From positions 71,302,001 through 71,366,000 of the forward strand of contig NC_086097.1 of the NCBI RefSeq assembly GCF_963921235.1: a stretch of 64,000 nucleotides of DNA, given 5' to 3'. A program made the translations under genes and the position numbers. This document shows, one piece after another, positions 53,611 to 64,000 of this stretch. The notes beneath the pieces were generated by a model that was not told where the DNA came from, ran no database searches, and saw only the letters and a list, made by a program, of their open reading frames with translations. Position 1 is the stretch's first letter, and every line of letters starts with the position of its first letter. Source of the stretch: Mobula hypostoma (taxonomy: Eukaryota).

Positions 53611-56074
53611 TTTGCTATTCTCTGTTCATTTCAAAATTCACTGAATTTTGGAAGTTGATGATCAGAACATTAATTAACAACATTGTCACTACTTTCAAAA
53701 GTTCGGAATGTAGATCATCAAGTCCTTGGGATTTTCAGCTTTCACGGTCATTAACTTCTCCAGTAGTAGTTTTTTTTGTAATCTACTCTAATTTCTTTTA
53801 CTTGATCACTTGCATCGAATACTAGATTCACTAGTTGCTTCTTTTGTGCCTTCATTTTCCTACTTCCCTTTTTAAATTCCTCCATCTTAGTCTGTAACAA
53901 CCCACATTTACTTTCACCGGTCTTCTTCATTCTGGTTATCTATTGAACCTCTTGCAGTTTTTTTTTCTGCTAGTTTATTCTCATAATCCATTTTCCCTAT
54001 CCTTCATAGATCTCTTGGTCATCCTTTGTTGAATTCTAACGTGTACAAACCTCAAACCTGTTACTTTTGTATGATATCTTTGTCTTGGACTTAACACCAG
54101 CTAACTTTTGTTATCTACAGATGAATCATTTTTCCTATGGTCTTTGTTGAAAATCATGTATTGTTTTCCAAATGCCACCCATTGCCTGTCCATTCTCATA
54201 TCCTTTGGTTGAGTTGCCAGTCTACCCCAGCCAACTTATACCTAAACCCTTCATAGTGTCCTTTGTTTAGTTTGAATCAGATTGATCTGCATGACTTTTA
54301 TTTTAATGTGAAATTCTATCTTATTCTGGTCATTCAGCAGAGGAACTGGCAAAGGTGAGATTTTAATTAGAGCATATGGACAGGAAAGGTTTACTGAATG
54401 CAGACAAATGAAACCAGTTCAGGAAGGCACTTTGGATGGCATGGATGAATTAGACCAAAGGGCCTGTGTCTGTGATGTATAATTCTGTAACTCTAGGACC
54501 TCTCTCCAACTAGTTTATTAATTATTAATCACAATTTTCTTATTACACAGCTTGAGGTTTAAAACAGCCTGTTCTCTCACCAGTTACTCAATTACTGGTC
54601 TACAAATCCATATCACATACTTTACAGACTTCATTCCCTACATTGTTGGACGTAATTTAATTCACCCCAGTCTATATGGAAATTGAAGTCCCTTAAGATT
54701 ACCATACCCTCTGCCCGTACATCTCATTTCTCTACTTAAAACCGTACCTTTTTTACTGCTATTACTCAGAGGCCTATGAACAACTCCCATTACTAATTTA
54801 TTCCCTCTGCTGCTTCATGGCTCCATTCAAACTGATCCTAATTCTACACCACAATCTGCCAAGCAAGCAGTCTTTCTACTACCTAGCATCATCCATCATT
54901 AGCATTGCTGTACCATCTCCTTGTCCTTTTTACCTATCCTGCATAAATGTGGAATGCCCTCCAAGATTTAGTCCCCGGCTCTGGTTACCCTGCAGCCAAA
55001 TAGTTTACAGCTATTTACCACTATTTGTATTGTTAACTTGTCTACCATTTTGCAGATGCAGCAGATCAGTATAAATGTTGCCTTTAAAAACGTCCTTCAC
55101 AAATGTTCCATGCTCTAAGGCTATTTTCTGCTATCATTCATTGTTTCCAGTACTTGTTCCTCATTTGTTTCTTCAAACTGTGGTTTATCATCAGTTTTAT
55201 TTTGCATGTTACATAGTGATTTTTCACTATATAAACAGCCACCGGTGATTTGATTGGAAGTTTTAGGGACTGAAATTGGTGGTGGTTGAGGTTGGTGAAG
55301 CAGGTAGGAAGTGACAAGGAGAAGGAAGAAGAGGGCCCTACATAGGATGGAATATCCACCGGGGATAATAAAGGACCACTTCATCAGCATTAAAGGAGGA
55401 ATCATTCAGATGATTATTGTATGTGGTATCCTAACTTCATATGCAAAGCTGACTAAAATTTTGGTGAACATGGAGGAATATTGATTTATCAGTTGAGGGA
55501 AAACAACAAGCAGCATCAGGAAAGTGCACCTTTGCCTGCATTTGTTTTGGTTGCTTGAGACTTTAGTGGGGTTGAAGTCAATGTAGAAGGGTCTCAAGCC
55601 CAGCTCTTTTCACCAGTAAAGCATTAAGTTGCCTCCTCAAGTGAGTCTGTATTGACATCAAAATTGTGATGGATGAATCTGCCAATGTTGGTTGTAAGGA
55701 TGATCGCTGTTGCTTGATTAATCTGTGGGACAGTTTCATTAATCCACCAATATTCATAGCAAGGATTTTGCAAGGTCAAATGTTCACTTGAAGGTGACTG
55801 CATGCCAGCATTAGGTTGATGCTTGATGGTCTCCATTTAGTTTCATTCTTATTGCATTTCAATGGAATTATTTTCATACAATTGACTTGTTTGATAATTT
55901 ATTTCAAAGAAGAGTTAAGAGTCAACTACAATATTTAGAATTACTAATGCATGTGTTTATAGTACTCACAAAAAAACTTCTATTTTAGCTTGGTTACATT
56001 ATTTGATTGCATTTACTTGGTTACATTCTTGGTTTTAAATAGTTGGTGGTGCTTTAACTTGGCAGTATTACCTT

Positions 56075-56790
56075 GGGGCAGCATGGTAGTGTCACACTGA
56101 AATACTTGTAAAGACCAACTGCAGAAGTATTGAGGCCATGATCACCCAGTGCCAGCTGCAGTGGCTGGGGCACATGATAAGGATGCCCCCATGTCGGCTA
56201 CACCGCAGAGTGTTATACGGCCAGCTACATCATGGTCGACACTCAGCTGGAAGGCCGAAGAAGTGCTATAAGGATCAGATGAGGAATGCTTTAAGGAAGT
56301 GCAAGATTAGACCCGACGACCTGGGGGATGTTGCTGCTGACTGTACCTCTTGGCAACAGCTGTGTAGGGACAGGGTTCATATTCTGGAGATGGAAAAAAC
56401 AACCAGAAGACAGCAGAAGAAAGCCAGGAGATATGCAGCCATGGTTGCCACCGCTACCACATATACATGTCCCACCTGCAATAGAGCTTGTGGGTCCAGG
56501 ATAGGACTGTATAGTCATCAAAGATCTCACCGTTAAAGGAGTGGACATCATCATCGGATTTTGATGGATGACTGAAGAAGAAGAAGAGTGGTTGTGTAAT
56601 GCTAACATGGGTTCATTTCCCGCTGCTGTCTGTAAGGAGCTTATACGCTCTCCCTGTAACCCTGGAGGGGTTTTTCCTCCCAGTGTTTCGTTTTCATCCC
56701 ATATTCCAAAGACATACAGGTTAGTAGATGTGACTGGGCAGTATGTGCTCATTGGCCCAGAAGGGCCTGTTACTCTGCTGTGTCCCTAAA
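56075..56790 (+). mobile_element. tRNA-derived SINE interrupted in its A box by an RTE fragment
   Basis: Rejoins as ggggcagcatggtagtgt|agtggtt (A box). B-box-like ggttcatttccc near 56610, central atcccatattccaaagacatacaggttag, CR1-type tail gaagggcctgttactctgctgt. Confidence 0.75.
56093..56586 (+). mobile_element. RTE-clade LINE 3' fragment with C2H2 zinc finger and (GAA)n tail
   Basis: QLQWLGHMIRM...VLYGQL...GRPKKCYKD...YTCPTCNRACGSRIGLYSHQRSH*; tail gaagaagaagaag. Confidence 0.9.
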
Positions 56791-57861
56791 CAAACAAAAA
56801 GGACCATTAACTATTTGAACTAAAATAAAATCAAAATAACCATAAACAATAACATTCAACATTTTTGTAACTTACCAATTAATGAATTAATTAATACACA
56901 GTTCTTTTGTCCCTAATTATTGCTCTTGGAGCCCTTTTAATTGGTTCACGGTACAGCAGAAATATGCCTGCTTTGAACAGAATGGCAATAGAAACGGGTT
57001 TTATCAAACAAACAGAAGAGATTTTAGAGCACTACAGAGATAGCAACTTAAGTCTTGCCTCAAGAAATTGGCTTCATAGACTGTCAAAGTTGCAAATTTG
57101 TATGGTCACAGAATTAAATCTTTTTCGACATCCACTACACCTGAAGGGATAGTCTATGAATCAATGCCACTGACTGACATGGAGGCTCCAGGACATTTAC
57201 GTTCTCTGCCATTTCATTAATCAATGAGTGACTTTGTTCTAACACCACTTATGGAAGATATTAACTGCAGAACCAATGTCTTTCCCACTTAGGTAAATGT
57301 CTCTGTAGCCTCCAGGTAGATATTTAACCAACTATGACCAGTTTTGAAGCACAATATCTGTGGACTAATATATAATAAAAGGCTTCAAGTTTCATGGAAG
57401 GTGTATTCCATAATTGATTTTATGTATTTTCCAGAATCACATGGTAAGTTCAGAGGGACGGATTTTTTGGTCAAAATCATTTTGTGTAACAGAAACTTAC
57501 GTATGCGTATTTCTATTGCTTCATCCATCCAAGGTACTTCATGGAGGTCCAATTAAATGGCTTCTGCCACCAAAGATATGATATTTGCAAAGGTGACCAT
57601 AAGGTTGTTTGAGGTGGGTGTTAAAAATGAAAGAGAGTTAGAGAGGTGGGCAGCTTTAGAAAATTTCAGACCTTATCAACTGAAAATATGTTCTGCAGTG
57701 TTCAAAATCTTTAGTAGCTAAAACTACATTGATTTTTACCCAAAATATGAAAAAAACACTATACAAGTACAGGGATTCAGATTACATTTAATGAAGAATA
57801 AGCTCTTCTTTAACTGAAACAGTTTTAAATTAAATTTTATTAAATTATTTGGAATGAAAAT

Positions 57862-59175
57862 AGACCAGAAGACCAGAAAACAGAAATAGACTATTTGGTC
57901 CATCAAGTCTGTTCTGCTATTCAATCATGGCTTGTTTATTTCCATCTAACCCCCATTCTCCTGACTTCCCCCTGTAACCTTTAACACCCATGCTAACCAA
58001 GAACCTATCAACCTCCATTTAAATATACTCAATGACTTAGATATTTAAATATACCCAATGACTTCCACAGATTCACCACTCGCTGGCGAAAGAATTTTTT
58101 TCCTCATCTCTGTTCTAAATGAAGAACCTTCTATTCTGAGGCTGTGCCCTCTGCTCCAAGATTATCCGACTTCTGGAAATATCCTCCCCACATCCACTTT
58201 ATCTAGGCCTTCCAATATTCAATATGTTTCAATTGAATCTCCCCTTATTCTTCTAAGACCCAGGAAATACAAGTCCAGAGCCATTAAACACTCCTTGTGC
58301 ATAAACCCTTTCATTCCCCAAATCATTCCGGTGGACCTCCTCTGGACACTCGTCAAAGCCAGTACATCCTTCCTTTGCTAGGGGGGCCCAATTCAAATGC
58401 AGTCTAACCAATTCCTTATTATACCTCAGCAATTATATTCTAAGTCTCTCAAATTAATGAATACTAACATTGAATTTGTTTTACTTATCACCCATGCAAT
58501 CTGCTAGTTAACGTTCAGAAATTCCTCCACTAAGACTCCCGTGCCACTTTGCACCTCTGATTTCTAAATTTTCTCCCTCTTTAGAAAACAGTCCACGCTC
58601 TTATTCCTTCTAACAAAGTGCATGACCATACACATCCCTACACTGTATTTCATCTGCCCCCTCTTTGCTCATTCGCCTAATCTGTCCAAGTCCTTCTGCA
58701 GATTCCTTTCTTCCTCAGCACTAGCTGTCCCTCCTCCTATCTCTGTATCATCTATATACTTGTTCACAAAACTATCAACAGTGTTATCTCAAACAACAGG
58801 AATTCTGCAGATGCTGGAAATTCAAGCAACATACATCAAAGTTGCTGGTGAACGCAGCAGGCCAAGCAGCATCTATAGGAAGAGGCGCAGTCATTAGCAC
58901 ATAACACGAGAAGTAGTGGACCCAGCACAACATCTGTGGAACACTGCAAGTCACTGACAGCCAACAAGAAAAGCCCCCCCTTTATTTCTGTTCCTTGCTT
59001 TCTGCCAGTCAGCCAATCATCTCTCTATGTTAGTATTTCTCCTATAATACCATAGGTTTTTATTCATGTGTGGCACCTTTTCAAAAGTCTTCTGAAAATC
59101 GAAATAAACATCCATTGATTCTCCTTTGTCTGTCCTGCCTGTTATTTCCTCAAAGAATTCCAACGGGTTAATCAG
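57862..59175 (-). mobile_element. Decayed CR1 LINE with a Penelope insert at 58791-58892
   Basis: - strand INPLEFFEEIT...MDVYFDFQKTFEKVPH; CR1 3' UTR at 57862-57960. Confidence 0.85.
58791..58892 (-). mobile_element. ~100-bp Penelope-derived insert equal to the hammerhead 3' cleavage product
   Basis: Nearly identical to 53471-53572; similarity stops at ...gcgcagtc. Confidence 0.88.
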
Positions 59176-60205
59176 AATGAAGTGCAAAATTCTGGATATA
59201 TTGGACTCTGAACTCATGAGCAAGACAAATGTAGCCACAGCTGTAATCAATAAAAATGATAAAGCAATGAATGAAAATTTTAAAAATGCTCCAATCATTC
59301 ACAGTATTGTTGCGATTGATCCATCTGACTTTCTAGTCAATGGTGACTCCTGGAGTGTTGACCTTGGGAGATATGTCATTGAAAATTTGAATGGAGGAAA
59401 ATATGCCTACACAATCTTTTAATTGGGAAGGTCATTGCTGAGAAACAAGCTGCACTTATATTAATAGCTACTTATAGTCCCATCCTTGGATGTTGTCCAT
59501 ATCTTTTGCTTCACTATCTTGGAATTGTCAATGGAGCTGAACAATCTGTAAACAATTTGACTGAGGTTTTAAAAGGATCATTACTCAAAGTAATTCAAAT
59601 TCAAGATTTGAAGATTTGATGAAGTTAAACAAATTTTTGCAGGAATTTACTAAATCGTATACTGAAAGAAAAACAGAATAAGTGATATAACTTCTATTTC
59701 CAAAAGTTGGATAAATTCATATCTTGGCTATAGGACTAGTTTCCAGAATCCCAAACAAATGACAAATTCAGAGGCAAAAACATGAAATCAACACCAGCCA
59801 AAAAAAAACACAGCAATTAAAATCCATTAAACAAATACTTTTGGAATTGAAATGTAGTCTTGATAATGGCTTCAGTTACCATGGAACCACTGGTTTGGTG
59901 TAAGAGCCTTTTTGGTCCAACTGCCCTTAATGGAAAGAAATCTGCATTTCTTTCCCATTGCAACCCCTATGCAACTCTAAGTTGGCTTCTAACTACCTTT
60001 TCAAATAACACAGGGATTCAAAGGATGATGGAGTTTGAATTATAAATGTTATCCACAACTGATAAGTCAAAATAAAAGCATATAAGAGATTTGTTCCAAT
60101 GGCACTTAGATTAAATGCCAGCATTTATAATGTGCTGAATGTCAAGAGCAGGTATTATGAAGAAATGGACTGCCAAATCCAACTAGTGATGTTTCATAGA
60201 CATCA

Positions 60206-60405
60206 AAAGCAACACATACAAAATGCTGGAGGAACTCAGCAGACCAAGCAGCATCTGTGGAAAAGAGTAAACAGTCAACGTTTTGGGCTGAGACCATTCA
60301 TTGAGACGCTTTTCCATAGATGCTGTCTGGCCTGCTGAGTTTCTCCAGCATTTTGGGTGCGTTGCTTTGGATTTCCAGCGTCTGTGGATGTTCTCATGTT
60401 TGTGA
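60206..60405. mobile_element. Penelope-derived inverted-repeat insert with degenerate hammerhead
   Basis: 60206-60265 is inverted against ~60309-60370; decayed core on the - strand at 60272-60307. Confidence 0.8.
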
Positions 60406-61261
60406 CTCTATCATTGGCAACAGTTTTGTTCCTTATTCTCCATATTCTAAAGCTTTAGGGAAATAATACAATTGCTTAGTTTTAGTTCTCTAATTTTTAA
60501 CAGTAAGATGTTATTATTCGGCCAGTACTAGATGCTGGACAGGTAGCTCAAGTAACTGATGTGCACATGGGGCAAGGCAATATATCAGATTTTCTAATAA
60601 TACCAAAGTAGGGCTGTGGTAAAAAGAATAAAGGAAATAAATGTGGCATGCTATGAGAGGGAGCAGCATATGATCAACTTATATTAAAACAGATCATGGT
60701 TAAGTAAGATAATTTAGGAACTGATTAGGTGTTAGATATTTCTTAAGCAACAAAGAAGTGAAAGAACAGTCTGACGCTGCAGGTACCACATCAGTAAAGT
60801 GTACTGTATGCGGCAAATGATATACAAACAGCAAATATATATTTTGTTTTAATTGCCAGTGAACTTTGAAAGAAAGCAAGCAGCATTGACTCATCTACTT
60901 GATATATTGGTTAATCTGAGTTGTGAAAGATTGGCCATGCCATTATAGATAAATTTCCAGAATTTTACAGTAATCAGCATGATACCAGGAGTAAGGAATT
61001 TTAATGGTAGAACTTGAAGAATGCTAGGCTAGTGTCCCCTCAAACACTGAAGTTGAAGCTTAGGGAAGGTGGTATAAGGGTTGGTATTGATTAGAGTTAT
61101 TCAAAACTTCTGGCAGAACTTAACAGAGTAACTAGTTGAAGACAATTACCGTTGATTGATAAAAGGAGGCTCAAGTTAATAGTTGCTACGGCTAAGTGCA
61201 ATATTTTGAACATAATACAGGTAAAGAACAAAATAAAAAAAAACGAGCTAGAGGCATTTCA

Positions 61262-61750
61262 AGAAGTTCAAAGATCAAAGTAAACTTACAATCGAAGTAT
61301 GTATATATTACCATATGTACTGCTTTGGGATTCGTTCTCTTGCAGGCATTTACAAGGAAAAACCAAAATACGGGATATAACGTATGAGAAATTATACATA
61401 ACAACTGACAAGTAACCAATGTGCAAATAAAAAATAATACTGAGAACTTGAGTTGTAAAGGGTACCTGAAAATGACTCTGTAGGTTATAGAATCGTTTTG
61501 GAAAACTGGTGAATAAAGTTATCTCATGAGTGATGGTTGTAGAGTAACAACTGAACCTGGTGGTGTAGGAACTAAGGCTTCTGTACCTTCTGCCTGATGG
61601 TAGCTGTGGGAATAGGGCAGGGCAAGGATGGTCGAGGTCTTTGATACTGGATGCTGCTTTCTTGTGGCAGTGCTGCTTGTAAATATATTCTGTGGTGGAA
61701 AGGGCTTTGACTGTGTTAGTTTGAGCTATACCTACCAATTTCTGCAGCCT
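61262..61750 (-). mobile_element. Rex1/Babar-type LINE 3' fragment
   Basis: KKAASSIKDLDHPCPALFPQLPSGRRYRSL plus 3' UTR. Confidence 0.8.
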
Positions 61751-61977
61751 TTTCTGTTCCTGGCCATTACTGTTTCAATATTGATAAACATGGTGTTTTC
61801 AAAGAGGAAGATGAGTATTTTCTATGTTAAACAAATCTGAGTTTCTAGTAACACAGCCTCACTTTGTAGTAAATACATGTTTGTAATATATGAAATTAAT
61901 TCCCACAAAATGTTTCCATCATTAATGCTGTTTATCTAGTGGTCCACCAGATACTTCTCATTTTAAAAATTGATATG

Positions 61978-62792
61978 CAGTGGATTCTGGTTAATTCGGG
62001 CATTTCGGGACCAGTACATTTTGGCCCAGTTAAGTAGCTGCCCCAGTTAGCCAGAATTTCATTGAAATAGTTAAAAAGGTATAAAAAAGACAAACTATGT
62101 AACAAATTATGTATTTAAATAAAATGCAGAATAAATTAGAACACTACCAATTCCAATACAGTATTATAAAACTGTGTACTATTTCCTAATAACTATCAAC
62201 AGAGGAATTCATCCAGTCCATGCTGCCGTGTTCTTTTGTTGGCTGTAAATGAACAAATCAATGCAGGCACCTTCATGCAATATCTCCAATGAATGAATCC
62301 TCCAAATCTTCATTTTCATTGGAGCTTTCAAGATGATTGTCATTGCCTTCGAATTCTTCGTAGTTTCTAACTTCCTGAAGTAGTGAAATCATTTCATTTT
62401 CATTCCCAGCCATTTCTGGCATCTCCAAGTGTCAATGCTTGAAGCCAAACCGCAGTGTGCAAAACTGTTCTCAATTATTTTACTGCTTACTCCTCACAAA
62501 ATGTTAGCGACAAGAATCATAACCTTTTGAACAGAAACAGATGCAAATAGTATGATTTAAAAACTGTACTCTCTAAGCATGGTGTAATGTCTAATGGCCA
62601 TAAAAGTGCACACAGCCCAAGCTTGTTAGAAACTGTTCAACAACAGTCTCCTGTCCCAATAAAGTGACATAGTGTCCCAAATAATCGAAGGGAATCCCAG
62701 TTATTTTCTTGATTCATTTTTATCCTTTAAGAGTTGTCCCAAATAAAAGGCAGCCCCAATCAACCCACAGCCCAATTAACACAAATCCACTC
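61978..62792 (-). mobile_element. Tigger/pogo-derived non-autonomous DNA transposon
   Basis: Imperfect TIRs cagtggattctggttaatt / aattaacacaaatccactc with subterminal cccaattaa-like repeats. The - strand remnant VSSKIIENSFAHCG (~62450-62492) resembles the pogo W..V...TI.NCF..CG motif. Confidence 0.7.
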
Positions 62793-63769
62793 TTTTAAAA
62801 ACAAAATAAGTGATACAATTGCGAATAACATTATATTGCAAATTGGTTCTCATGTGCAATCTTAATAGTTGCAAGGTCAAAACCTTAAGACGCTTCACTG
62901 ATTCAATTATTTGCAATCATGATATGTGGAGAAATTCCAAGATCAACAATATTTTTTCCAGCAGCTCTCCTTTCTTCAGCTACTTTTCAATTTTGTTTAA
63001 TGCACCTATTCGTAACAGTAGCTTTTGTCCATTTTACAGATCTATCATTATATCTAATGTATGGGTAAGTCTGTATGCAAAGGACAAGGACCCTTGTAAG
63101 AAACCGGACCACATTAATCAGAAAAAAAACACTGCACAACATTCACATGGTCAGTACCAGACTCTGTTCCCAGTTCTGTCACAGGAATTGATAATCTGGT
63201 GGACAGATTCAAGGATATTCTTGAAGTGACTTTGAAAATGAGCAATACCCCTACTCACTCATAGAAACTGCTCGTTCATGACTACAGAAAGTGGTGAAAG
63301 AGCATTCGAATTCAGGAGATGAAGTTGTGAATCCTCACTGTAGGGTTTCACAACTTCATCAGGGATCTCATCTGTTAAAGAGGTTTTGCTGTCTTAGCAT
63401 TTGCAATATGGCCTTTTACGTCCTGTTGTCCGTCAGGGGTGGCAGCAAGGTGAGATCAGAAACTTTCCTGGGGGTTGAGGCCTGGGACACTGCAACATAT
63501 TCTGTCTCCCACATGCCCTAAACTGTCCTTTGATTTATTTGTCACTTACTGCACTAAATGGTAGTGTCATGTAGGTAATTATACACTGGCATTACTTTGG
63601 GATATGAGAGGAGATCTTGATAGAAATCCACAAGGAAGACATGCAAATTCCACACAGATAGAACCCAAGATTGGAACTGAAGTTGGTTCATTGTTGTTAC
63701 ATGTCCTGAGATGGAACGAAAAGCTTTTGTTTACATACCTTCCTGACAGGTTATTCCATACTAAATACA

Positions 63770-64000
63770 TCATGGGTGTCATTATACACCAGTCATTGAA
63801 AGTGGGCATGCAGATACAGCAGGCGGTGAAAAAGGCAAATGGTATGCTGGCATTTATAGCGAGAGGATTCGAGTACAGGAGCAGGGAGGTACTACTGCAG
63901 TTGTACAAGGCCTTGGTGAGACCACACCTGGAGTATTGTGTGCAGTTTTGGTCCCCTAATCTGAGGAAAGACATCCTTGCCATAGAGGGAGTACAAAGAA
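63770..64000 (+). mobile_element. CR1 ORF2 fragment running off the window
   Basis: QAVKKANGMLAFIARGFEYRSREVLLQLYKALVRPHLEYCVQFWSP, uninterrupted. Confidence 0.9.

Noticed and set aside
63330..63370. Hammerhead or SECIS in - strand ctgatgaagttgtgaaac
   Set aside because: No stem II or stem I pairing; the spacing and GA quartet needed for a SECIS are absent.
63437..63500. RCAN-like peptide PQPPGKFLISP on the - strand
   Set aside because: The SPPxSPP motif is missing and a stop follows at once; probably chance.
1..64000. CRISPR arrays, operons, prokaryotic defence systems or endogenous virus genes
   Set aside because: No regularly spaced repeats or gene-dense regions; all recognisable ORFs are eukaryotic TE fragments or their antisense shadows.

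Overview
Repeat-rich, AT-rich vertebrate genomic DNA. No host gene, rRNA or tRNA gene could be identified. The repeat mix suggests a cartilaginous fish such as a ray or shark, but this is inference. Every long or recognisable ORF belongs to a decayed transposable element: CR1 LINEs, one full-length but inactivated L1 (5473-11040), Rex1/Babar-type LINEs, RTE fragments, a hAT/Charlie-type element with a perfect 8-bp TSD, a Tigger/pogo derivative, Tc1 ends, tRNA-derived SINEs and many Penelope-like (GIY-YIG) derivatives. Nesting is deep in 3.6-12.5 kb, 14-17 kb and 22-27 kb. The most notable signal is a family of short non-autonomous Penelope-derived inserts carrying minimal type I hammerhead ribozymes; three copies have a complete catalytic core (17264-17301 -, 17927-17964 +, 53568-53605 -). 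Several inserts are inverted pairs that share one asymmetric end, and one copy (58791-58892) begins at the predicted self-cleavage site. Hammerheads in Penelope-like elements are known in general; the activity and independent mobility of these copies are untested. The largely non-repetitive stretches (18-20, 28-44 and 48-52 kb) show only weak exon-like and CTCF-like signals.
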